64,000 bases of DNA from an uncultured delta proteobacterium (GCA_963803435.1 CAWDML010000008.1:544001-608000), one strand, 5' to 3'; shown: positions 20,237 through 30,028, counted from the first letter of the stretch. Notes: generated by a model from the sequence alone, not told the origin. A program made the numbers and translations.

Positions 20237-22155
20237 CACCGTTCCTCGAACAGGATCGGGCGCGCCGCCAGCGCTTCGAGCGCCAGCGGTTGACCGGCCG
20301 GGAGCAGCTCGAGATCGTCGCTCCATCGCGGCTCGCCGCCACAGCCGAGCGCCTCCCACAAGCGCGCCGCGAACGAAGGCATCAGCGGCGCGACCATGAC
20401 CGCCAGGGTGCGCACGGCCGCGAGCTCGACGGCCAGGCCCGTGGCGCGGTGCGAGCGCAGCGTCGGGATCTCGGCCAGGTGGGCCTGCGAAAGACCGAAG
20501 GCATGGGCGCGTTCGGCGAGCTCCAGGATCACTGCGGCGACCTCGCGCAGCGAGAGCTCGTCGTAGCCGCGACGTGCGCGCGCCCCGAACAGCTTCACCT
20601 CGGCGAGAAACCGCGACTGCTCCGGGGACCACTCGACCGCCTCCGGGACCTTCGCCTCCGCTTCCTGGACGAGCGCACGTCCCAGCCTTTCGAGCCAGCC
20701 TCTCCAGTGGCGGCCGAGCGAGCTCGCGAAGCCCTTTGCATGTTCGAGGCTCACGCTCTCCGGAGCCTCTTCGGCCCGGGTCATCGCCAGGTAGAGGCGC
20801 AGCGCCTCGGCCGGTACCTGCTCGAGCACCTCGCGCGCACCGAGCGCATGACCGCCGGTGGTCGACATCTTCTCGTCCTCGAGCAGAAGGAACTCGTTGA
20901 CCGCCAGCCGGGTTGGGATCGCACTCGCTTCACCGAGCGCGAGACAGACCGCGGGATCGTGGATCAGGTAGAGGTATGCGTTGTCGATGCCGAACGAGCT
21001 CATGACCTCGCTCTTTGGCGCGAGCCGCCCCAGCAGATGGGGAAGCGCGAGTGCCACCTCGAACCAGGGCGAGATCACCTGTCCGTCACCGACCGAGATG
21101 CCCCAGGATCCGGGCTGCGACGCCGGCGGAGCGAGGCTTGGCACCGACAAGATCCGCGCAGCCAGCCCGCGCAGCTTGGGGCTGAGTGGGAGGCGCGCGT
21201 GATGGAGCTGGAGCTGCTCGACGAACGGCGCCAGCGGAAAGACCCAGCGGCGCGTGCGCACGAGCGAAGGCGTTCGTTTGCAGCGGGTGCAGACGGGCTC
21301 CCTCAGATCGATGGTCTCGTTGGGAAGGCAGCAGAACTGACAAGCGAACCCGTTGCTCGGGGCGTCGCACGAAGGACACGCACCCTGGACGAAGCCGTCG
21401 TAGAGCGCTCGGCGGCAGGTCTCGCAGTAGAGGCCGTCGCTCTCACGCTCCTCGAGCAGCCCGGTCGCGAGCAGCCGGCGGAAGCTCGCCTCGACGCCGC
21501 TTCGATACTCGGGGTCGCGCGTGGGAAAGACGAACGCATCGGGCTCGGCACCGAACGCGCGGAACGCCTCGACGCAGGCATCCGAGTAGCGCTCCGCGGT
21601 CGTCGCCGGCTCCGACTCTTCGATCTCGGCTCGCCTGACGACGTAGCTCTGGTGCTCGTCGGCAAGACACGCGAACACGGCCGGGACGCCCTTCATCCGG
21701 TAGTGGCGGCGGGCCACGTCGGCGATCAGATAGGGTCCGCCGAGATGTCCGAGGTGCAGCGGTCCGTTCGAGGTCGGCGGTGAGGGCATGATGAACAGCG
21801 GTCGCACCTCCTCCTTCGGGGGCGGCGGAGACCAGAACACCGAGACGAAGTGGAGCTCTTCGCTGGTCGAGGGATTCGCCAGCTGATGGAGGCTGTGCGG
21901 TCGCAGATAGACCACGTCGCCTGGGCCGACCTCGCTGCTCTGACCTTCGATGGTCATCATCCCGCTGCCGCGGCAAATGACGAACGTCTCCGCCGCCGCG
22001 TGGGCGTGCAGCATCGTCATCCCGCCCGGCTCGACCACGGCGAGGCTCGCACCGAAGGGTGTCCGCGCGATCGCGTCCCAGGGATAGATGTCCTTGAACC
22101 GCACCTGGTGAGGCTCGGAATCGAGCGCGCTTCGGTCGAACCTGCGGATCGTCAT
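20236..22155 (-). CDS. Cupin + methionyl-tRNA-synthetase-like fusion; putative hydrazine (N-N bond) synthetase
   Basis: N-terminal cupin with H-x-H-x3-E...H (LHAHAAAE...HSLH); class I aaRS motifs PPTSNGPLHLGH and KMST; four CxxC knuckles; FGIDN. This is the Spb40/Tri28/PyrN architecture. Confidence 0.85.
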   Translation of the reverse strand: MTIRRFDRSALDSEPHQVRFKDIYPWDAIARTPFGASLAVVEPGGMTMLHAHAAAETFVICRGSGMMTIEGQSSEVGPGDVVYLRPHSLHQLANPSTSEELHFVSVFWSPPPPKEEVRPLFIMPSPPTSNGPLHLGHLGGPYLIADVARRHYRMKGVPAVFACLADEHQSYVVRRAEIEESEPATTAERYSDACVEAFRAFGAEPDAFVFPTRDPEYRSGVEASFRRLLATGLLEERESDGLYCETCRRALYDGFVQGACPSCDAPSNGFACQFCCLPNETIDLREPVCTRCKRTPSLVRTRRWVFPLAPFVEQLQLHHARLPLSPKLRGLAARILSVPSLAPPASQPGSWGISVGDGQVISPWFEVALALPHLLGRLAPKSEVMSSFGIDNAYLYLIHDPAVCLALGEASAIPTRLAVNEFLLLEDEKMSTTGGHALGAREVLEQVPAEALRLYLAMTRAEEAPESVSLEHAKGFASSLGRHWRGWLERLGRALVQEAEAKVPEAVEWSPEQSRFLAEVKLFGARARRGYDELSLREVAAVILELAERAHAFGLSQAHLAEIPTLRSHRATGLAVELAAVRTLAVMVAPLMPSFAARLWEALGCGGEPRWSDDLELLPAGQPLALEALAARPILFEER

Positions 22156-22191
22156 GGGTTGCGCTCCACGAATGACTCAGCCTACACCGAG

Positions 22192-22569
22192 ATGGTGAAC
22201 GTTCGCGTCACTGTTGCCCACCCACCCCGCGATTTGCCCGCGGCCCGCCTGCCGGCACACGAAACCTTGGAGGGAGCCGGCGTCGCAGGCTGTCTCCTCA
22301 CGGCGGCGAGCGCCGATCGTCGCGCCACGGCGGGGTTCTGGTCGTGCGAGGCTGGCACGTACGAGTTCTTCTTCGACTACGACGAGTTCATCTACGTCAT
22401 CGAGGGCGAGCTGATCGTCGAGGAGCGCGGTGGAGACACGCACCGGCTCCAGGCCGGCGATACGGCGCACTTCCCTCAAGGCGTCACCACCGTCTGGCGC
22501 GTCCTTCGCAAGATGACCAAGTACTTCGTCGCGCGCGCGCCGTTCGAAGAGCCTATACCCGAAGAGTGA
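22192..22569 (+). CDS. Cupin_3 (DUF861/EutQ-like) protein
   Basis: GFWSCEAG...YDEFIYVIEG...AGDTAHFPQG...W...KYFV. Confidence 0.85.
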   Translation: MVNVRVTVAHPPRDLPAARLPAHETLEGAGVAGCLLTAASADRRATAGFWSCEAGTYEFFFDYDEFIYVIEGELIVEERGGDTHRLQAGDTAHFPQGVTTVWRVLRKMTKYFVARAPFEEPIPEE

Positions 22570-23704
22570 TCGACTCCGCGTCGAGGAGCGCACGTCCCAG
22601 CGAGCGCTCGAAGATCGCCGATACGCGCGGATGAAGCGGCCCGTAGACGACCTGTCGAGAGAGCTCCTCGATGAGGCCGTTCGGCGTCATCGCCCGCGTG
22701 CCGATGAACCGCCGTACTCCTTGCACCAGATCCTCCGCGGTGCGGGTTGCGGTGTACTTTGCCACCGCTGCGGCCTCCATCAGCTGGTCGAACGCCTCCA
22801 ACGGCGCGCTCTGTACCGCCGCCAGCGCCCTTCCGATCTGCGGCACCAGACCGAGCGACGCCTTGAGCTGGATCCCCATGCGACCGAACTCCACCTTCGT
22901 ACCGTCGAGCTCCGCGAGCGACGTCCCGTCGGGGAGCTGGACCGAGTGGGCGAACTCTCGCGCAGCATCGAGCGCTCGCGCGGCCGCCCCGAGGTAAGCG
23001 GCAGAGGCGAGCGACTCGAACCAAACCGTGCAATGGTACATGATGACGCGGGTGATGCCCTCGTTGGTCGTGACCACGTCCTGCTCCGTGAGCACGACGT
23101 CGTCGAGATCGATCCATCGTGTGTCCGCGTCGGAGATCGCATCGGCGAAGACTCGATCGCCGACCCGTACGCCTTCTCGATCGGTGCGCGCGAGATAGAG
23201 CCCGACTCCACCGTCCTCGTCGGCGCCCACGAACGAGACCAGGTCGGTCTGGCTCGCCATGCACGAGAAATGAATTCGGCCCCGCGCGACCCGCTGGCCG
23301 TTCTTCGTCCGGATGGCGAGCGTGTCGCTCGCCGCTGCGCCCTTCGCCTTGACGTTGTCCCCAACGCTGCCGACTCCCAGGAGGAGCCGGCGCTCCTCGA
23401 TCTCGCGCAGGATTCCTTCCACCGCGCGCGCGAGATCGGGCTCGTGGATCGGCAGCGTCGCCAGCGCGCTGGTCATGTACTGATGCATGGTCAGCGCGAC
23501 GGTGAGCGGCAGCGACATCGATCCGAGGAGAAAGAGGGCCTCGAAGCTCTCGTAGAAGAGCGTCTCGCCATCCAGCGAGGGCTGACACGGCAGATACGGG
23601 AGACCGGTGTCGCGAATGCGCGCGAAGAACCGGTCGAAGCGTTCGGCTCGGGAGCACCTCGCGAGCTCCTGGGAGAGCTCGAGGATCTCTTCTTTGGTCG
23701 ACAT
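22553..23704 (-). CDS. Acyl-CoA dehydrogenase-fold flavoprotein (divergent)
   Basis: TVALTMHQY, GRIHFSCM (G-x-K-x-F-like position) and a C-terminal helical bundle (AAVAKYTAT...RFIGTRAM); canonical ACAD motifs are degenerate. Confidence 0.8.
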   Translation of the reverse strand: MSTKEEILELSQELARCSRAERFDRFFARIRDTGLPYLPCQPSLDGETLFYESFEALFLLGSMSLPLTVALTMHQYMTSALATLPIHEPDLARAVEGILREIEERRLLLGVGSVGDNVKAKGAAASDTLAIRTKNGQRVARGRIHFSCMASQTDLVSFVGADEDGGVGLYLARTDREGVRVGDRVFADAISDADTRWIDLDDVVLTEQDVVTTNEGITRVIMYHCTVWFESLASAAYLGAAARALDAAREFAHSVQLPDGTSLAELDGTKVEFGRMGIQLKASLGLVPQIGRALAAVQSAPLEAFDQLMEAAAVAKYTATRTAEDLVQGVRRFIGTRAMTPNGLIEELSRQVVYGPLHPRVSAIFERSLGRALLDAESITLRV

Positions 23705-23728
23705 CGGGCCAATGATAGCCCAACGCGT

Positions 23729-24378
23729 CTACGCCGCTCTTCCGCTCAAAGCTTGCTTGAGCGCGAAGCTCGACTCATCCCCGCGAGAAGCGAGCCACTG
23801 CATCGCGTTTGGCTTGGGCATGACACCGTTGGGCAGGTAGGCCGGCCTCAAGGCGGTGCCGCGCGCCGTCGCGACCGACGTGAGCCCGCTGACCTTCATG
23901 CCCCCGCCCGTCATGGGATCGAGGCCGGTGGAGGTCAGGCCGCTGGTGATCGGGGTCGAACCCCCGGTCATCGGGTCGTTACCCGCGAAGCTCTTGGTCC
24001 CGCCGGTCATCGGGTCGCTGGGATGGTCGTTGCCGCCGAGCTGGGCGCCCCCGGTCACGGGATCGTTGCCGCCGAGGTTGATTCCACCGCTGGGCGGGTC
24101 GATGTTTCCGCTGAGCGGGGGGCTACCTGGAGCACCCGGATCGTTGAGGTCCGGAGGGAAGCCCGTGTCGCCAGGGTTCTGACCCGGGAAGCCGGTGTCA
24201 CCTGGGTTGCTGCCGGCGTTCGGATCGTTGACCGCGAGCGTGCCACCGGCCGGATCGTCTCGTCGCTTGCGCTTGGAGATCGACTCCGAGTCCTTGTTGA
24301 CCTGCTCTCCGGCGTAATCCTGCCACCACTTGATCTTTCGTTGATCGTTGGCGAGCGCCTTCAAAATGTTGATGCCAT
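23729..24378 (-). CDS. Low-complexity G/P/D/N-rich repeat protein (about 216 aa); probable 1-bp loss in a T-run near 24365
   Basis: GAAGGA RBS, then ATG GCA TCA ACA TTT TGA; adding one T gives MASTFLKALANDQRKIKWWQ... in frame with the ORF ending at 23729. Repeats NPGDTGFP x2 and DP(M/V)TGG x4. Confidence 0.7.
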
Positions 24379-24626
24379 CGCCGCCGATTCCTTCGCTAGC
24401 TTTGCACACGCCGGACCCCAGTGCGAGAACGATGCCGGAGCCGTCACCGCTCTCAGCGACCGTCGGTGTCGGAGCTCGGTCTTGAGCCGTCTTGCTCTGC
24501 GAGGGCCGGCCAGACGGCGATCGACCGGTCCGGTCTCGGACCTCGAGCCTGAGACCTCGACGCCGCACTTGGTGGATCTGGGTGCCACACGTGCGGGAGC
24601 AACGAGCGCGAGGTAGTCTCACGGTC

Positions 24627-25031
24627 ATGCGGCGAGAGCATCCGATCATCGAGCTCGCGCTCCACGCGTCGATCGAGCTCGGTACCGCCTACGCGGATCG
24701 CGCGAAGAAGAAGCTGCTCGAGATCGAGAGCGGCGAGGAGCTCGAGCATGCGGTGCTCACGCTGATCTCGGCTGCAAAGTTCGCCGACGATCGGAATCAG
24801 CCCCAGGCGGCCGACAAGATCCTCGCGATCGCGTTCACCACGATCGAGCCGTTGAAGGGATTCAGCGCACGCGCGCGCCGGCTCGCCGAAGATCTCACCC
24901 GTGCGAAGACCGAACGCTTCGCCGCCTTCACTTCGGGGAAGAACACCAAGACCGCGCCGAAGTACGGTGAGAAGCCGAGCGGGTCGGTGTCCTTGTTCCG
25001 TCTGCTGCCGCCCCGGCCGCGCCGCGCCTGA
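24627..25031 (+). CDS. Hypothetical helical protein, paralogue A of a dispersed family
   Basis: MRREHPIIELAL...AAKFADDRNQPQAADKILAIA...RFAAFTSGKNTKTAPKYGEKPSGSVSLFRLLPPRPRRA. Confidence 0.75.
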   Translation: MRREHPIIELALHASIELGTAYADRAKKKLLEIESGEELEHAVLTLISAAKFADDRNQPQAADKILAIAFTTIEPLKGFSARARRLAEDLTRAKTERFAAFTSGKNTKTAPKYGEKPSGSVSLFRLLPPRPRRA

Positions 25032-25035
25032 GCGG

Positions 25036-26361
25036 TCAAGGCGCACCTCGAACGGGGAGCATGAGGCCGCGTACCGCGTCTTGGTCGGTGTCGGGAGCAA
25101 CTGCGCTCTCGTCCTCCCAGACCACGAAGAAGCCCGCGGGTCCTTGCGCGACGTCCGCGTCCTTTTGGTCGCCGGTCGTGACCGTGTTGATCAGCGCGTC
25201 CTCGTCGAGGAGCTGTCCGTCGGTCGCCACTCGGCGGCTGCGGACACCGGTCCCCGAGTCGTCGATGCCGGTCCACACGGCGAGGAACACACCCGAGGTG
25301 GCGGTGGCGACGCTCGGCGTCTCCTGAGTACCTTCGAAGGCCTGGTTGAGCTGGAAGTCGTCGCCGAGGAAGCTCGCGGGTCCTGTGAGCAGGCGCGCGC
25401 GGATGCCGGTGCTGTCGGCGTCCTCGACCGAGCTGGCGTCGGTCCACGCAATCAGGAAACGATCGGTGGCAGCGTCGAAGCCGAGCGCGGGCTCCGCCTG
25501 GGCGCCGCGCAAGGTCGTGTTGACGGTGAAGGTCTCGCCGAGGGTCTTGTCGGGCGAGACGAAGCGAGCGCGGACGTCGCTGTCGGCGGCCACTCCGTCG
25601 GGCCAGGCCACCAGAAATCGATCGGAGGCGGCCGCCACCGCGGGCTTGCCGAGCGGCTGGGCACCGGCCGGCGAGATCGCGAGCTCGTCGCCGAGGGTGG
25701 CGCCGTCCGCGCCGACGATTCGCCCGCGGACGGCGTTCGGGACCTCGACCTCCAACCAGACCACCAGGAACCGTCCGTCCGGCAGCACGGCGACGGCGGG
25801 ATCACGCTGATCGTCGATCACGGTGGCGTTCACCTGGAAGTCGGGTCCGAGGCCTTCGCCGCTCGACGAGACCGCTCGGGCGCGAACACCCTTGTCGGGA
25901 TCCTCGTAGCCGCTGCTGTCCTGCCAGACGAGCAGCGCGACCGCGCCGGCCGCGGCATCCCCGTGCTCCTGCTTGCCGGCGGGGCGCTCGGGGAGGACGA
26001 AGTCGGCGCCGGTCGGCTCGCCGAGCGCGTCGAAGAAGCGGGCGCGGACCGCCGCATCGTCGAGATCGGGCGGCTGGCTGCTCTCGTCGTCGAACACGAC
26101 GACGGAAGCGCCCGTGGAGAACAACGCGACGCTCGGGTTGCCCTGTCCTCCCCGAAACGAGGTGTTGATGATGTGCTCGGCGGGGAGGGTGCAAGGTGGA
26201 TTGCAGCCGTCGCCGGCGACGGCATTTCCGTCGTCGCACTCCTCACCTTCCTCGACGATCCCGTCGCCGCAGAACGGATGGGGAATCATCGGAAGATCGA
26301 TCACGAGCGAGCAGCTCGAGGCGGACGCGACGACCAGCAGGATGCTCCAGGACCGGCTCAC
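25036..26361 (-). CDS. Lipoprotein with a Myxococcus Cys-rich repeat (DUF4215) and repeated beta domains
   Basis: CGDGIVEEGEECDDGNAVAGDGC; about six repeats of F.VN..t.G.Q..P.VA. Confidence 0.85.
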   Translation of the reverse strand: MSRSWSILLVVASASSCSLVIDLPMIPHPFCGDGIVEEGEECDDGNAVAGDGCNPPCTLPAEHIINTSFRGGQGNPSVALFSTGASVVVFDDESSQPPDLDDAAVRARFFDALGEPTGADFVLPERPAGKQEHGDAAAGAVALLVWQDSSGYEDPDKGVRARAVSSSGEGLGPDFQVNATVIDDQRDPAVAVLPDGRFLVVWLEVEVPNAVRGRIVGADGATLGDELAISPAGAQPLGKPAVAAASDRFLVAWPDGVAADSDVRARFVSPDKTLGETFTVNTTLRGAQAEPALGFDAATDRFLIAWTDASSVEDADSTGIRARLLTGPASFLGDDFQLNQAFEGTQETPSVATATSGVFLAVWTGIDDSGTGVRSRRVATDGQLLDEDALINTVTTGDQKDADVAQGPAGFFVVWEDESAVAPDTDQDAVRGLMLPVRGAP

Positions 26362-27020
26362 GGTAATTCCGAGAAATACAGGAAGATGCCGGCGGCGGCG
26401 GTGAGGATGCCCCCGACGAGCAGCACGTCGGTGGCCAGCGCGAAGCTCCGCGCCCGATTGGAGGATCCCTCGGCGCCGGTGAAGTCATCGTTCAGCGCCG
26501 ACTCGAAGGCCCGGTTGGACGCCCGTACGGCGAAGATGCCGGTGACCACCGCGATCGCGCCGAGTCCTCCCGACGAGGAGAGCAGCACCGTCGAGGTGGT
26601 GTGATCCACCGGCGGCGGCGCCTCCACCACGATCTGTGGCGGCGGAGGGGGCGCCTCCTCTTTCGCGAGCTCGGCCTCGAGGCGTGCAACGCAACCCTCG
26701 GCGAGGGACTTGAGCTTGGGATCCGCGTCCTTGGAGAAGGCGAGGAAACGCTTGAAGTAGTCTCGCGACTGGACGAGGTCCGACCGGTTCGGAGAGAGCT
26801 CGTGCTTTTTCAGGTGGGCGAGCGCAAGGTTGTAGAAGAGCCGGGGGTCGGGCTCCAGCTCGTAGGCGATCCGGAACTCCTGGATCGCACGATCGTACTG
26901 CGCCACTTCAAAGGCGGCGTTGGCCGCGTCGCGGTGATGTTTGGCCGCCTCCTGTACCGACTCCGCGTGGGCGACGGCGCAGGTCGAGGCGAGCACGAAG
27001 AGGGAGAGCGCACGCATCAT
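26358..27020 (-). CDS. Exported TPR protein with a C-terminal hydrophobic tail
   Basis: Signal MMRALSLFVLASTCAVAHA; TPR AQYDRAIQEFRIAYELEPDPRLFYNLA; TGATG overlap with the kinase stop. Confidence 0.82.
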   Translation of the reverse strand: MMRALSLFVLASTCAVAHAESVQEAAKHHRDAANAAFEVAQYDRAIQEFRIAYELEPDPRLFYNLALAHLKKHELSPNRSDLVQSRDYFKRFLAFSKDADPKLKSLAEGCVARLEAELAKEEAPPPPPQIVVEAPPPVDHTTSTVLLSSSGGLGAIAVVTGIFAVRASNRAFESALNDDFTGAEGSSNRARSFALATDVLLVGGILTAAAGIFLYFSELP

Positions 27021-28172
27021 CAAAACCGCACCGGCATTTCGGGCACGATCTCGGGCTCTGTCTCCGGCGGCGGGCTCGGCGGCTTGGGCGCCTTGCGCCG
27101 GTGCTTCGGCGCCGGCGGCGTCTGGCGGCGCTCCGGCGCGGGAGGCTTCGGCGCCGCCGGTAGGGGCGGTAGGGCCGGTAGGGGCAGCTCGACCGCAGGG
27201 GTCGGAGCCGGCGCTTCGCTCGGGCTCGAGCGGACCACCGCGTAGGCGATCCCGGTCAAGAGGAGCAGCGAGAGCACGGCCACGCCGGCGACCCAGCGTC
27301 CGATCGGGGCCCGACCCGAGTCCGAGGGAAGGACGGCCTGGACGGCCGCCGCCAGCTCGGAGGCCGACGTCGGCCGCGCCGCAGGATCGCGCGCCAGCGC
27401 GCTCGCGAGCGGCCGATCGAAGAGCTCCAGCTCGGGATCGAGCTCCGAGAATCGGCGGCGCCTCGCCGGAGAGCTTGCGTTCGAGGACGTGCTCTCCGGT
27501 GGGCGGGAAGGGCGGCGCGCCCGCGAGCATCTCGTACACGAGAACGCCGAGGCTGTAGATGTCCGACCGCGCGTCGACGGCGCCCCCGAGGCACTGCTCC
27601 GGCGACATGTACACAGGTGTCCCGAGGATCGATCGGCCGCCGGTCACCAGGCCGTCCATGTCCGGGCTGTCGGGTGCGAGCTTGGCGATGCCGAAGTCGA
27701 GCAGCTTCACCTCGAAGTCGTCGCCGGTCGCCTCGTCCCCGGCGAGAAACACGTTCTCCGGCTTGAGGTCGCGGTGGACGATCCCGGCCTTGTGCGCGGC
27801 GTCGAGGATGGAGGCGACCCCGGTCGCGATCCGGAGCGCTGTCGCTGGAGGGAGCCGACCCAGCCGCTTCAACCGCGCCCGCAGGTCTTCACCCTCGAGC
27901 AGCTCCATCACGTAGTAGTGGAGGCCGTTCGGGAGCGTGCCGAACGTGAAGACGTCGGGCACGCCGCGGTGCTTCACGCGATGGATGGTGCGGGCCTCGC
28001 GTACGAAACGCGCGACCGCGTCGGCGCGACCGGACCACGAGGGATGGAGGACCTTGATCGCGACCGGCCGTCGGATGATCGGCTGGATGGCCCGGAAGAC
28101 GATACCCATCCCGCCTGCACCGATCCGCCCCTCCAGCAGGTAATCGCCCACCATGTCGCCAGGACGAAGCAA
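27020..28172 (-). CDS. Membrane Ser/Thr protein kinase; frameshift near 27450
   Basis: IGAGGMG, VAIK, HRDLKPEN, DFG, GTPVYMSPE. After one extra base the frame continues ELDPELELFDRPLASALARDPAARP, then a TM helix and a Pro-rich tail to TGA 27020-27022. Confidence 0.88.
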
Positions 28173-28227
28173 CGCTTCATCCTACGATTGGCGACGAAGC
28201 CGTCGCAACCACTGGCGCCACGCCCTC

Positions 28228-29892
28228 TCACGAGGCCTGCGCGGCGAGACGCGCGATCGCGCGGGCGAGCTTCGGGTGGGCGTCGAACCGCCGGACGAAG
28301 TCGCTCTCTCGGTGACCGCCCTTCGCCTTCACGACCTCGGCGGCCCGGCGGCGATCGGTCGCGCTCCAGCGCTCGACGCCCGGGAGCGCCAGGATGATCG
28401 GGCTGAGCCGAGCGATCGCGATCCGCTCGCCGGCGGTCTTGGCCGACCAGGAGGACAGACCGAGGCGCTGGGCCGCCTCGACCGTCATGGTCTCGGTGGC
28501 GCGCTCGCGATCGGCGCCGAAGCGGGCAGACATTCGCTCGGCGATCGTCCAGCCCAGGCGCGCGAGATCCGCCTCGATCGGTTGTCGCTCGGGATCGAGA
28601 TCGAAGTAGAGGTGGTGCTCCGCGAGCCGTTCGAGCGTCGCTCGGCTGGAGCGGTGGGAAGGATCCTTCCGCATCCGCGCCAGCTCTCGTTCGACGATCC
28701 GCTGGACCGCCACGTGCGCGGGACGGAAGCCGAGCTTGTAATAGAACCACCAGGCGCCCGACGTGAGCCCCTCCTCGTTGTCCTGCCCGAGCTGGTACGG
28801 CTCGATGCTGAAGGAGGCGGCGCCGAACAGACGCTTCACCACCGCGAGGAGCCGGGCGAAGACCAGCCCGGCCTCGCCGCCGCGAAACGTGTCGAATGCG
28901 TTGAAGGCGATCTCGGAGCTCTTGAAGAGCGCATCCGACTGGACGTAGCCGATCGGGACCCCGTTCTTCAGCGTCAGGAGGCCGTAGGCGGCGCGCATCA
29001 GGAGGCGGCGCTCGGGGAGGAAGCCGATGACGGCGAACGCGAGACCGTCGCGATCGATCACCAACCGGACGTCGTTCGGATCGCCGTAGACGAAGACCTC
29101 GAGATCACGGCTCCGGGTCACCATCGCCTCGCACGCGCGATCGATGAGCGCGCGCCCCTCGCGGCGAGACACGTCGCGGACGTCGAGCGGCCCGCGCGAG
29201 AGCTCGGCGCGGAGATCGGGGCGCTCGCGCGCGAGGGGCTGTCGCTGGAACACGATCGGTCCCGTCCGATGCAGCGCGTGCGTACGAGACGGCGAGCCAG
29301 GCCCGGGATCGAGCCGGTAGGGTGCGTCGATCCCGTCGTGGAGCGCCTCCCGCGTGAAGTCATCGCCCGCCAGCGCGCCGATCCGCTTCACCACGAAGGT
29401 GGCGTCGGTCGTCGCTGCGCCGGTGAGTCGCTGCAAGATGGCTTGCGTTCCCTCGCTGGATCTCTTGATCGCGGCCGCCTCCGCGTGCGTCACCAGAACG
29501 GGCAGCGCTGAGGCCAGCCGATCCGAGTGGTCGTCGACGCGCCAGTCGAGGTGGAGGCGCTCCGGCCAGCGGTCGGCGAGCCAGCGCGCCATCGGCCAGA
29601 AGAAGCGATAATGGATCGCGGTGCCTGCGATCCCGGAGTCGACCAGCGCCTCCCGGTGGCGTCGAAGATCCGAACGCGACTCGAACCGGTCGAGCATGCG
29701 CTCGACTCGCTGGAGCACCGCGGCGTCGTCGGGATACGCACGGAGAAAGCAGAGGATCTCGTGGAGCGCGAGCACCTGAGTCGGCGAGGCGAGCTGCGAG
29801 CGGTCGAGCAGCTCGAGCAGCTCGATCTTCGCGATCCCGGTTTCCCGACCAAAGGTCGCGCGGATCTTCTCCAACGCCTGGAGCGTCTTCAT
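28228..29892 (-). CDS. Hypothetical protein (about 554 aa) with a GNAT-like segment
   Basis: Good codon bias; SEIAFNAFDTFRGGEAG...SGAWWFYYKLGFRP resembles GNAT motifs A and B. Confidence 0.75.
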   Translation of the reverse strand: MKTLQALEKIRATFGRETGIAKIELLELLDRSQLASPTQVLALHEILCFLRAYPDDAAVLQRVERMLDRFESRSDLRRHREALVDSGIAGTAIHYRFFWPMARWLADRWPERLHLDWRVDDHSDRLASALPVLVTHAEAAAIKRSSEGTQAILQRLTGAATTDATFVVKRIGALAGDDFTREALHDGIDAPYRLDPGPGSPSRTHALHRTGPIVFQRQPLARERPDLRAELSRGPLDVRDVSRREGRALIDRACEAMVTRSRDLEVFVYGDPNDVRLVIDRDGLAFAVIGFLPERRLLMRAAYGLLTLKNGVPIGYVQSDALFKSSEIAFNAFDTFRGGEAGLVFARLLAVVKRLFGAASFSIEPYQLGQDNEEGLTSGAWWFYYKLGFRPAHVAVQRIVERELARMRKDPSHRSSRATLERLAEHHLYFDLDPERQPIEADLARLGWTIAERMSARFGADRERATETMTVEAAQRLGLSSWSAKTAGERIAIARLSPIILALPGVERWSATDRRRAAEVVKAKGGHRESDFVRRFDAHPKLARAIARLAAQAS

Positions 29893-30028
29893 TTCGGTGG
29901 CATTCTCGAAGAACTGGGACCTCGGTGCCACAATTTCATGCTCTGCTGATGTGGGCTCCAATCGAGGTGGCACAAATCGACGAAAGGGGGAGGTGCGCGG
30001 TCGAATCGCGATCCTTTAGCCTCGAGTC

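Noticed and set aside
20236-22155. Housekeeping methionyl-tRNA synthetase (metG)
   Set aside because: The N-terminal cupin, divergent motifs (PPTSNG, FGIDN, KMSTT) and coupling to an oxidase fit the biosynthetic MetRS-like family better.
26358-28172. Apparent 604-aa kinase-TPR fusion
   Set aside because: The middle of the ORF is nonsense sequence; the adjacent frame restores kinase subdomain XI, the TM and a stop overlapping the TPR start.
29968-29985. Sigma-54 promoter upstream of the toxin-like gene (TGGCAC)
   Set aside because: The -24 box is present but there is no TTGC -12 box at the required spacing.
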